Shown: in pieces, positions 1 through 11,676 of the stretch
How the letters are laid out: every line of letters starts with the position of its first letter
Position numbering within the stretch: position 1 is the first letter of the stretch
Assembly (NCBI RefSeq): GCF_035594765.1
Contig: NC_085842.1
Location: 130,585,036 to 130,649,035, forward strand
Origin: Anolis carolinensis
Lineage: Eukaryota
Length of the DNA: 64,000 nt
Direction of reading: 5' to 3'
Translations under genes and position numbers: made by a program
The notes under the pieces: generated by a model
What the model was told of the DNA's origin: nothing
Databases searched by the model: none
Seen by the model: only the letters and a program-made list of their open reading frames with translations

Positions 1-164
1 CCTTTCAAAGTTAATCCACATTTCCCTCATTAATTACACTAATTGCTAGATAAACACCCCAATATTATCTTGAGTAATAGGGAGGTTAAATATGAAGAAA
101 GCTCTAAATGAATGTTTAGGACTGTCTTGACTGTTTGGGTAAATGTGCAAAGCACCCTACATTG

Positions 165-289
165 AATGTGTTGTCGAAGGCTTTCATGGCCGGGATCACA
201 GGGTTGTTGTATGTCTTTCGGGCTGTGTGGCCATGTTCCAGAAGCAGAATGCTTCTGGAACATGGCCACACAGCCCGAAAGACATACAA
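165..289. mobile_element. Short inverted Penelope terminal-repeat insertion
   Basis: Hairpin centred near 248; 12-bp direct repeat CACCCTACATTG at 153-164 and 290-301. Confidence 0.8.
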
Positions 290-3200
290 CACCCTACATT
301 GCTTAGTACAGGAGGGAGTGGGAACCAAGAAGAAGAGTCAGGAAATAAGGATTATCTTCTGCTATAGCTTCAGGACTGCTTAGAATGCTCTCAGTACCAA
401 TATAGAACTGACAAATTCTTCAGGAATGAGAGCACCTCTAGACCTAAATATAGCTAGGGAAGCAGCTCAGCAAACGTGCACCATTGCACACCTGGGGCTG
501 AGAGCTGCTGTAACACTGACAAAGCAAATCCCTGTAGAGGTAATCTGAGCCACTACTGCACCTGAAAATTTCAGAGTGAGTGAGCCTCTGGTTCTGGGAC
601 CAAATCTGGGTGCTTGAAAAGTGAACCCAGCTATGTCCCTTCATCACAATACCATCATTGTGTGCTTTCCCATCTCTTGTACTTTTACTGTTGTTCGCCA
701 TTCTAAAAATTGAACTACCACTGCTAAATCAATGTCAGCAAAAACTTTAAAATAAAAACATCCTGGTACATGGGTCCCATCCTTTGCACCACCTTGCCGG
801 AAGAATATCTCTTAAAGTTAATTTATCCCTCTAGCTAAAAGATATTTCAGAAAAAGAAACTGTCAAAACCACCTCTTAGCATTCATTGCCTAAGGAAATT
901 CATGGCTTGTAATAAGTTAAAAAAGTTGAAGGCAAATACGCACTCATGCATTGGACTACAGCACAGCCAACTGATGTAGAACCACGTTTATCAACTTCTT
1001 ACTTAATCACTAATCAGATATTAGATTTATACTGTTAATATATACCAAAGCAAGAATTAATCCACACTCATTGTTATGGATGGAAAAATCAGACTATATG
1101 AATTCACTATACATCATGACATGTGAAGTATGTCACATGTTTCCCATTCTTCAAATATCTTCACACTATTATGAAATATCCTTACACCATATTCCCATCA
1201 GGAGAAGCCAATTTCTTATGCAGGTATCGAGATACTTTCCACATGGGGGAAATGAGATAGAATTAATTTTTTTATTTAGTCTGAAAGGGCCAATTCAAAC
1301 TTCCAAAATATTTTACTGTTGCAAATGGAATTTAAATTTTACTGCCTTTGCCTTAGTTCCCATCTGGCCAAGAGAGCAGTGGCCTCTGCCTGCATTAAGA
1401 TTCCTCCAGGCCAACTGAACTACAGCAGAGATGACATCTGCTATAAATTGTAAGCTTGTGACACCAACACCATTCCCTTTTTTCGTTCCTCTGTATGCTT
1501 TTTAAAAACTTCTTTTGTCTGATGAAGTGGAGCTTAAAAAATACATGAGGTGTTTTGTGCATTTTAATTGACCAACAAAGGCATTACTCTTTTTTGAATT
1601 TTCCTTTACCACCCAGTTAATATGAATCTGCAGCATTAGAGAAGCATATTTGCAACTGTAACACCTAGTATACATTAGCATTGGTTTCAATTTCTGCTAC
1701 CAACAGGTGTTTCCTACTCATCCAAGCACTTACAAGTATTTATCCTCCTCAGGCTGCTAAAGGAAAAGAGCCCATAAGTCCTCTAAGAAATCATAATCCT
1801 GATTTATCATCCTGCTAACCAAACATGGAGAATCTTCAGCACTGTAAGGAAGACACAGGGCATTTGCCATCATAGAAATCTGCTGCTGGGTGAGGCAAGA
1901 ACAGAAAGCCTCTCACACAAATGGTCCCAAAGGCTAAGCCACTAATTCACGTTGAGGGAAGGTTCTCTTTGAATGAACTGGATATCCCATTAGCCTCGGG
2001 GATAATGCATTATGCTGCAGTGAAAGAAAAAGGGATCAGTAGGGAGTTTGGACTTATCACTCTTACATGCACAATTGAGCCAAAAGATTAAAAAAAAACC
2101 TCAGAAAAAACTCAATTTGTTGCCAGATCCTGTAGTTTACACTGATTTATATTACATCTGCTAACACTTTTACAGGAATGGAAAGAACTCTGTTAAAAAC
2201 ACATTTCTGGAATTGTAGTTGGGATAGCATGGTATAGAACTCTTCCACAAACTTTCATGCAACACACGCTAGCACTTAAAAGTCCAAGCACTGGTTATTT
2301 CTGCTAAAATATGCTGAGATTACACAGCAATGAATCAGGAATGGCAAATGAGATTCTAACCCGTGGTCGGCATGCATCCACTGCCATTATTTTCTAGCTG
2401 ATAGTACAAGTCTGCTACACTGTAATGTGTACAAGGCTCACCATGGAAACCCAAAAGAAAATATTGACAAGGGTAGCAGCAAAAAATTAAGAGCCTCTGC
2501 TTTTACTGGAAATGTTACAGCCCCAACGGTTATCGTTAGGAAGTCAAGTGCCCACATATCTTAGGAACTAAAAGTGACTTATGCACCACCAGAATACTGA
2601 AAGGCAGAAAATACACGAAGTACAAGTCAACTTGCAAGAGCAGGTTACCAAAATATGGCAAAGCAACACCTAAACTAAATTAGGCAGACTGGAAACCTTC
2701 TAGATTAATTCAAATTAATCTGTAGTTTATTGCAATTTTAATGTTAAATACAGTGCTTGTATTTTGTCAAAGCAATGAAATCACTAATAGTACCGACCAC
2801 TAAGCCAGCAGTGAGAATTGCTGCCTTCCTGATATTGTTAAACAGCTAATTACTATGGGCTGTGCCAGCTGGGCAAAACATCAGAGGGCCACCTATTCTC
2901 AGCCCTGCCTTAAACAAAATATTATTTTCCTTCCTGTTCAATACAGTGCCTCCCCACAAAATATGGCTGCTGCTCCATGACAGCCTTCTCTACTGTGCTG
3001 TGCTATGTTGCACTGAGCATTGGGACTGACAACATATCACTCTGTAACTAAACTGTGAATGGATAAGGGCAAAGTCCCACTAGTAAGACTCTACAGAGTG
3101 CCCAGGAGAGTCCCGAAAAATAAGATAAAGTTACTTTCAGAAAGGATGCAGACAATAACCCTATTCAGGATTTTCAGAGTTATGAGTGAGAAACCCGTGG

Positions 3201-4175
3201 TTCTGCAGATGTTACCAGACTTCAACCAGACAGTATAGTGAATAATGAGGAGCAGCCAAGAAACATTTAAACTTCAAACTCTTCAACATTTGAAGACCAA
3301 GACAAACACAGCAATAAAGGCATTTCTAAGCTGCACAGAATTCATCATTGTCCTGCCCACAATTCTCAGCTGAATCCTCTCAAACTTAGTCCACATGAAT
3401 TCTGACTACATAATCCTTATTAACAGAAGAAGAAGGTTCTAATGCTGAACTATCCCTACTTTGAAACAGTATGAATAATTCCCCCAGCAACGGTATTTCA
3501 TTTTAAGGAGGAGAGGCATTACTCTTCAAGCCTGCCTGAAAGAACCATTCATTCTATCCATCTAAACCGAGCAACATGGGGATTACTTACAAGGCATGAA
3601 TGAACTATACTATACATCCTCTGATATTCCCTGACTCCAGCTAACACTAATATCACGTCCTAGTTGAAATGAAGCCCTGATCCATATCTATGCCCATGTC
3701 ATGAGTCACCAAGCTTTTTAAAGTAGTTTAGAAATGGCATATGATTTCACACGTAATGGATACCATTCACGAAACAGTGGGGCTAAAAAGGTATGAGATC
3801 TAGCCATCCCTGTCCCAAAGCATCTCTGCAAACAAGGTAGGGATACATGCACAGTATAGCGAAAATAGAGGCACAGCAGCAAATAGAATATGACGTGATT
3901 GCTGCTATCACAATCTTGAGATGTCAAGGACTAGAAACCCAAATAGATGTAACATATGAAACTTTGCCTTCAGGCACGTATACCCTGCTGAATTAATGCA
4001 GTCTGACCCCACTTTCACTGCCCTGGCTCAAGGCTATGGGATCCTGGGAGATGTGGTTTTACAAGGCCTTTAGCTCCTTCTGCCCAGGAGTGTTGGTCCC
4101 TCACTGAGTGGCAAATTCCAGGATGCGACAGCACTGAAGCAAGACAGTGAAAGTGGTGTCAAACTGCAGTGTAGC

Positions 4176-4536
4176 TATTGAGTTTTCCAGGCTGTATGGC
4201 CATGTTCCAGAAGTATTCTTTCCTGACTTTTGCAGGTATCCTCAGAGGTTGTGAGGTCTGATGGAAACTAGTTATGTGGACTTTGTATATCTGTGGAATG
4301 TCCAGGGTGGGAGAAACAACTCCTGTCTGTTTGAGGCAGGTGTGAATGCTTCAATAGGCCAGCTTGATTAGCATTGAATAGCCTTTCACCTTCAATGTCT
4401 GACTGCTTACTGCCTGCGGAAATCCTTTTTTCCCAACATACCTCACAACTTTTGAGGATACCTGCCGTAGACGCAGGTGAAACGTCAGGAAAGAATGTTT
4501 CTGGAAGATGGCCATACAGCCCGGATAACTCACAGC
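4176..4536. mobile_element. Penelope terminal-repeat fragments in inverted arrangement
   Basis: Same family as 22040-22390; minus copy followed by plus copy. Confidence 0.8.
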
Positions 4537-4539
4537 AAT

Positions 4540-5200
4540 GCAGTGTGGCTGCTGCCCGCTTTGTCTTGGCTTTCCTCCCCGCCCCGCAGAGAGCGCTCAG
4601 GGGCAGCCCCGCGCACACGAGGCCCCTGCTCTCCAAACGCAAAGCGGGGGAAAGGTTGCTTTGTGCGGATGGAGCCACGGAAGGCTCCAAGGAAGGGGAG
4701 GCAAGGGACCCTCCCTCCACCGCTCATTTCCCCTCCACGCGGGACCCACAAAGGGCCGGCCCGAGAGCGGCGTCACGCCCTTCCCACTTCACGGGAAGCA
4801 GCCCCACGCCGCGAGACCCACAGCCGTCCCAGGGAGGGGAAGAAGAGGGCAGAAGAAGGCCCGGGTAAGAGAAACGGGCCCTTCCCTCGCCGGCACCCGC
4901 CCTCACCTCCTCCTCCTCCTCCTCCTCGCCGCCGCCGCCGCTGCTACTGCTGCCGCCTCCGGTGACAAGCGTCGCCCGCCGCCGCCCAAAATCCTTCACC
5001 CCGCCCCTGCGCGCGCACGCCCCCTCACTTCCGCGGTGCCACCTGACGTCACTTCCTGCTCTAAGCGGACCGGGTTTTTTTTCCTCCCTTCATAACTCGC
5101 CCCACCCTTGTTTTTATTTTTTCATATACTGTATATAGATTCCACTTCCGTCATGCGCGCCTGACGTTGGTTCCCAAGGCGAAGGAAAGGAAGCGACAGA
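4540..5200 (-). promoter_or_regulatory. CpG-island promoter with non-coding first exon (about 4907-5050), probably ARHGDIA
   Basis: GC/CpG-rich; minus-strand donor AG|GTGAG at 4906; CRE TGACGTCA at 5044-5051 next to ETS ACTTCC motifs; gene identity rests only on conserved gene order because no coding exon lies in 1-4900. Confidence 0.6.
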
Positions 5201-6094
5201 AAAGCGAGGGGAGGTCCTAGAGAGGCTCCTAATGGCAAGAAAAGGAGTGCCTTGAGGAAAGCTGACTTGTGCTCTTCCAGGTGAAACAGAGCCAATGGTT
5301 GTGAATAAGGAGCTGTGGGTCCCCAGGTGTATTGGCCTTCAACTCCCAGAAATCCTAACAGCTGGTAAACTGGCTGGGATTTCTGGGAGTTGTAGGTCAA
5401 AACACCTGGGGACCCACAGGTTGAAAACCACTGGATTAAACCCTTGTGCCAGCTGGACTGCTGACCTGAAAGTTGGGTTGCTGACCTGAAGATTGCCGGT
5501 TCGAATCCGCGAGACAGGGTGAGCTCCTGCCTGTCATCCCTATCTCTCACTTGTGGGGACATGAAACACCCAGTAACACATCTGGGTGTCCCCTGGGCAA
5601 CGTCCTTGTAACCTGTCAATTCTCTCATACCAGAAGCAACTTGCAGTATGGTCTCAAGTCGCTTCTGACACAATTTTTTTAAAAGGAGACCTTAGGCCCG
5701 AGTGGCCACTAAGTTCTAACTCTGGAGTTTAAAGTACCAGAGAGGCCACGTCAGTCACAGGATATTGGGGGTGCATTTGGAGAAAAGGATGTTTGTGAAT
5801 ATGAGTTCATCCAGGGATGAGTCCAGTCCATCAGTAAACATTTGCGCTGCTGAAGGATCCAATTGGCTCCCGGCAGATTGTAGGTGCATCTACAGTACAC
5901 TGCGGAATGCAGTTTTATACAGCTTTAACTGCTATAGCTCAATGTTGTAGAATCCTGGAACTTGTAGTTTGGTAAGGCACAGCACTCTTTGGCAGAAAAG
6001 GATTTGCTTCGTAAATCTCCAGCTCTCATGATTCCCTATTACTGAGCCAAGGCAGATAGAGGGGTGTCTACTGCATGGATTCTACTGTGTAGAT

Positions 6095-6202
6095 CAGGCA
6101 TGGGCAAACTTTGCCCCCTCCCCTGGTGTTTTGGACTTCAACTCCCACAATTCCTAACAGCTGGTTTGGGAGTTGAAGCAGGGCAAAGTTTGCTCGTGCC
6201 TG
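6095..6202. mobile_element. Palindromic hAT MITE
   Basis: CAGGCATGGGCAAACTTTG...CAAAGTTTGCTCGTGCCTG; 8-bp TSD GTGTAGAT at 6087-6094 and 6203-6210. Confidence 0.85.
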
Positions 6203-8275
6203 GTGTAGATAATAGTTGAATTGACTACATCAACATTTTCTGTGCAGGCTGCAGTGTCTAGTAGGAGGCACTGGGATGGCTTTGCGTAAAATTAGACTTG
6301 CTTATTTGCAGCTATTGGTTCCAACTCTGGAGTTTAATGCACCAAGGACCACCTTCTGCCTCTGCAGTGAATTATAATGCAAAAGGGCAATGTATCTGGC
6401 ACTATAGGGGCAGACCCCAAAATGATGAGAAATTCTTAAGGTGAAACTACTCAACCTTAGTATGGAAGTGTGCACCTGGGGTCATGCTACAATTTCTTCC
6501 TATGGATGTAAAGCAGAAACTGTAATGTCAAGAAATTCAATGGTGTCTCTTCATTTGCTTATGGAACATAGCATCCGACTGAATTATGTGTTTAAAGTCC
6601 TAAGTCAGTGACCAAAACAAGCAACAGTCTACTATCCTATCACATTTATATTCTTTTGTGAGTGAATGAACTTGTTTATTGCTTTCTCGGTCACAAATAA
6701 AGGCCTAAACAAATAAATTTGGGCCATATTGTGGCAACTGGATTGTAGATTGTGGTATTTCAACTCAAGTCTGTTTGGTACAAATGTTCTATCGAATTTC
6801 AAAAATCTTTTTAAAAGAACCTTGCTAAATTTGCATGCAATACGAAGAGATTTAAATGATAATTCCCCATTATCCATTCTTTAAAAGTGATGACCACTAT
6901 GTTGTATTAAGCCTCAAAAATATATAGTCTTATTCAAAAATATTGTTTCAAGATGCCATGTTTCAAAAACTCCATGCTCGATTTCTCAAAATGTACATAG
7001 AGAAAATGTTTTTGACTTTGGAAGACTCAGACTCATTTGAGTTTTAAAGCCAAAGAAATATTTCACCACATGCTAAAGTTATGTGAGACCCCCCCCCCCC
7101 AAAATTAATATACTTTCCACACCAAATGCCTGTACTTATGAAATTTTGTATATCATTATGAACAGGAACATTTCTTTCAATATTGTTTCAAATTCTGAAA
7201 CTATTTACCATGATTATATTCTCCCTTATTATTTAGCAAGTTATTTGTTATATCATCTTTTTGTCTTTTAAATTGAATTTATGGTCATCTTAAATTGATC
7301 GTAGTGATATTATTGTAAACCTTCCTAAACTCTTTAGATCAAAGGAGGATATAAATATTTTAACAGATAGGTGTCCTACGACCACAAAGAGCTATTTTTG
7401 TTAAATGTTTTCTTTGACATCAGTGTTCAAGCAATATTCAAAGATTGATCATTAAGTGTTGTGTAACCTTGGTATCTTACTGTGTCTTTTTTTCCAAATT
7501 ACTGATGCAACCCCATTCCTTTGAGCATTAAAAAGCCATTGTCACAATAATATTCAGAAATTAATCCTTCTGAGATTTCAAAACTGAGTCTTATTTGTCA
7601 AAACGCTCTATTATGGATGAAAGGTTATAATTCTACCTGCTGGTAGTGTTGCTATATTATTCAGTTTATACTATGCCATTCGTAACACATTATTTTTACA
7701 AGTATTCTGTTTCCTCCCCACCCTCCCCATGACCAGTAAATAAGAACAAATAAAATTGCCAGCAAATTATGTGAAATAAGAATTCAGCAGGGAGTTGCAA
7801 GTTGAAAGACTAAATCTTTACTTGGCATGTTGGAGTCACTGAATTATCACAGTAACCATTTTACAGTAAAAATACTAAGGTGGGACCATCACTGAACTTT
7901 GGAATCAAGTGTTAAATACAAAAAATGACTTTAACAAGTGTTCTCCCCCTCTCCTTGATCACAAAGGGTGAACCTTTTCCATTGGATTCTACCCCCCAAC
8001 CACCTCCCTGAAAAAGTAGTCTTACTGTTTGGCTTTAGCATAGAAAGGAGGAAGATAAACACACAGGAGGTTGGAGATACAGAGTTTGTAAAGCCCCAGC
8101 AAGGAGGAGAGAGACCTCACTCTCTCCCTGTGGGAAGCACAATGAGCACCAACACTTTTGCTAGGGGCCTGCAGGCAGACAGTTGCTCCCCTACCCATCT
8201 TGGTTTCTGCAGTCTCAAAGCTGGACTCCAGCTGCAACAGGAAGCAGACATTTACAGCTCTAGACACATTTCTAT

Positions 8276-8281
8276 TTTATT
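8276..8281 (-). terminator. ALYREF: Probable ALYREF polyadenylation signal
   Basis: AATAAA on the minus strand about 270 nt after the stop codon. Confidence 0.7.
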
Positions 8282-8550
8282 ATTGCCATGGTTAAAAAGT
8301 CACCGTGGCCCAACTGGCAACCAGTAAAATTTTCCCAAAAATAACTCAGTACAAAACAGATCTGTTCCAGAATTTTAAAAAAAGAAAAAGAAACCTTTAC
8401 ATGAGTTTAAAACCTATTCCAAAACATAAAAGTAAAACAAATTCCATTCTTGATATTAGTAGCCGCCGCCATACACCTTTCCCCCTCCCGCTGGGGAGCA
8501 TGGAATGAGATGTCTGCAGTCCTTCCCATGCACGTGATGCATCAACAGGT

Positions 8551-8565
8551 TTAACTGGTGTCCAT
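8551..8565 (-). CDS. ALYREF: ALYREF exon 6, coding part (MDTS-stop)
   Basis: CCTAG|ATG GAC ACC AGT TAA; the six exons total 771 nt = 256 aa plus stop. Confidence 0.93.
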   Translation of the reverse strand: MDTS

Positions 8566-9045
8566 CTAGGAGGGAAAAAAATAGTTACTTGGTTGCTATC
8601 AGCCTAGGAAAAAGATGAGAAAGCCATAGGTTTGGGCAACCTCACTCCCCAGCAGCATAGATCAATTAAACCCATTATCACTTCGATTAAAAAAAACTCA
8701 AGCTCTAACAATGTTTCCCTGTCAAGATGGCAAAATACTGGTTTTTTTATTCTAAGACATCATCCGTTGTAAGACACACACTAATTTCAGTACCACCAAA
8801 AAAATAAGGCCATATTTATATACATAAAAGGGCAACTGTTATTCTAAGATGCATCCCATTTTTAGATATATTTATATGGGAAAAATGTTACTACAAAGCA
8901 TGAGTCCACATTTTTAATACTTTTTAATTATCTTTTACTTTAACAATATCCATATTGTTAGCAGTGATCACTATTTTACAGTGAAGGTTTAATGAAAATG
9001 TCTTTTAGTTTAAAATATTGTTAATACAGAATCAACCCCCAAATA

Positions 9046-9122
9046 CAGGGTGTTTGAAAAAGAACTCCCTATTCATCATTTAAATTAAATGGTGAATAGG
9101 GAGTTCTTTTTCAAACACCCTG
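9046..9122. mobile_element. 77-bp palindromic mariner-type MITE
   Basis: CAGGGTGTTTGAAAAAGAACTCCCTATTCA...TGAATAGGGAGTTCTTTTTCAAACACCCTG with TA flanks. Confidence 0.8.
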
Positions 9123-9927
9123 TATATTCCAAGTGCAAGAGCTACTTTTCATAGCAGTAGCGTATCTGGTAAACTGATAGTAAAGTATCTCCATGATGTC
9201 CAGGTAATTTAAGTTATTTAATGTACCATATATAGTCATGTATAAGTCAATCTCATGTCAAGCACAGGTTTTGAGGCTGATTTCTTGGCTAAAGAAATTA
9301 GACTTACACATGAGTATATAAGATATATTAGAAATGAAACATTCTATTAATAAATAAAGTCATCAACAAACATATTGAGTAAAGTCTCTATTTAATGCTG
9401 CACAATTTCATTATGCTAAGTAATGGAAATCTAAAATCTACATCTACACAGCATTTGAAGCTCACGAGATATGGAGGCTTCTCCTTAACAGACACCTTGC
9501 TGCCAGCAAGATTCTAATTTTGAATCATGTCTAGATGATTTGAATAGGAGACTACAAAGCAGCAGACTGTGAAAGACATGAAACTGTGGAAGATGTCACT
9601 TTTGCAAACTCTGATATATTTCACCAGCATTCTATTATAAAGTTCAGTTAATTGCAAAATCTAATACATAGTTGACAATGGTGTCATCAGAAGCACACTT
9701 TGTCTTGCTGGAACTGCCTCTACATACATGAAAGGGGTAGCAAATAGAAATGCAAGGAAAAGCACAACATACTTCCTATCCTCCAGGCAAATTACCACAG
9801 TCCTCATGTATTGTACTTTTTGTGAAGCTGTACTTTTTCATCAGAAGACTAACACTACTAGTGTGCACCAGTAATACTGACTCATTTGTCTCCCCCCCCC
9901 CCCCCCCAAGCACTCACTGGTACTTAC

Positions 9928-10099
9928 CCTGGCATTGTAAGCATCCAACTGTGCATCCAATTCTTCAGCAGAGAGTTGCTGTTTGGAACTTCTGCCTGCA
10001 CCTCTACCTCTGCCTCTGCCACCACGGCTACCTCGTCTGTTGCCACCACCAAAGCCACCTGATCCGCCACGGTTTCTTGTCATGCCTCCTCTATTTATG
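9928..10099 (-). CDS. ALYREF: ALYREF exon 5
   Basis: [12 protein letters not shown]...[19 protein letters not shown] (RGG region plus C-terminal REF motif); AGG|GTAAGT donor; 172 nt. Confidence 0.96.
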
Positions 10100-10368
10100 C
10101 TAAAATAAAAAAGACTAAATTAGAAGCACATAAGGTAATTTGTAAAAGGGAAAATACAAGTTATACATTCTGTGAAGAACTCTGAAGGGAGATAAAGTAT
10201 GGCAACACGGCTGAAAATTTTTAAAAATTCTGCAAAACCCACAAGGATACAGGATAGAAAGTGCTCCTACACAACCAAAATTCATGTTGCACTCCTTTTG
10301 TGTAGTTCCTAAAACTGAAGTTACCACATAACTAATTAGCAGGCATCAATAAAGATTAAATCTCCTAC

Positions 10369-10432
10369 CTCTGTATTGGTCTCCTCTGTGTATCTATTTG
10401 TGATGTAACCAGCTGGATATTCATGGGACGTC
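10369..10432 (-). CDS. ALYREF: ALYREF exon 4
   Basis: (G)RPMNIQLVTSQIDTQRRPIQ(S); 64 nt; splice phases match exons 3 and 5. Confidence 0.95.
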
Positions 10433-10752
10433 CTAAAAAAAGGACACGTGATTACAAGGGTTGTTAGTCCAAAAACCTTACTAGTCTGTAAAATAATGCT
10501 ACTATACTTCTTTAAAGAACCAGGCGTTGGAAACTTCTCAAGACCAAATCTTTTTAAACTGTCTTTTTGGTTTCTATGCCAAAAAACATACCCCCATCCT
10601 TCCCTTGCCACTCTTACATGGAATACTACACACACACACACACCACAAACACGGTTCCTTGTCACTTATAACTACCAGATGTGCTTAAATTCAAGGCTAG
10701 CTTATCTCTTATCCCACCATGTAAATATCAAGATAAACAGTGAAGCACTTAC

Positions 10753-10900
10753 CATCCAGGGGAACTCCATTGTACTGTTTCATAGCCTTCAGAGCATCTG
10801 CCTTCCTCTCAAAATGAACATCTGCAGTACCCAGACTACGCCCAGATCGGTCATAGTGCACTGCTGCCTTCTTCAATGTACCAAACTCTGCAAAAAGTTC
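10753..10900 (-). CDS. ALYREF: ALYREF exon 3
   Basis: [49 protein letters not shown], the RRM core; AG/GT bounded; 148 nt. Confidence 0.97.
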
Positions 10901-11046
10901 CTGAAAATGATATGGTAAAAGTAGGAGGTTATCTCAACTTGGAGGATTTGGTAAAGTATTCAGGTCTTTCTAGAAGGATTACCCATTAAAGTGGTAAACC
11001 CTTTCACTCTCACATTTGCCATTTTAATACAGCTACAAATCAGATA

Positions 11047-11309
11047 CAGTAGAGTCTCACTTATCCAACGTTCTGGATTATCCAACGCATTTTTGTAGTC
11101 GATGTTTTCAATGTATTTTGATATTTTGGTGCTAATTTCGTAAATACAGTAATTACTACATAGCATTAATGTGTAATGAACTACTTTTTCTGTCAAAATC
11201 AATCTATTTTGATGTTTAATAGGCTTTTTCTTAATCTCTCATTATCCAACATATTCGCTTATCCAAAGTTCTGCTGGCCCATTTATGTTGGATAAGTGAG
11301 ACTCTACTG
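11047..11309. mobile_element. Tc1/mariner-superfamily MITE
   Basis: 23-bp TIR CAGTAGAGTCTCACTTATCCAAC, flanked by TA on both sides. Confidence 0.88.
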
Positions 11310-11676
11310 TATCACATTAACTTTGCCTCATTTTCTACTTAAATTAACCCCAGAACTTAAGGAAAAATGCAAGAAATGTAGGGCAGATCTCCTGTGGATA
11401 CAATGTTGCTGAGGCCCAGGCCTCCACCAAGGTGCCCTAGCCCCAAAATAAAGTGAAGTGGTTGCATCTCCCATATCCCCTACTACAAATAAGATAAGAA
11501 TGATTCTAGAAAACACGATCCCTGATATACTACCCCACTCAAGCCACAAACTCCTAAATAAGTTAGTGATCTTGCACTATATAAACTGTTGCCCTGTTTG
11601 AATCTCGAGTCATGCAAGTGACTTTCATCTTATGCTGCTTTAAGAGTTGGCCCTCATGAATCTAGTGTGTGAGCAT

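Noticed and set aside
4268-5095. Several overlapping 150-185 aa ORFs
   Set aside because: Stop-poor CpG island plus Penelope sequence; low-complexity translations.
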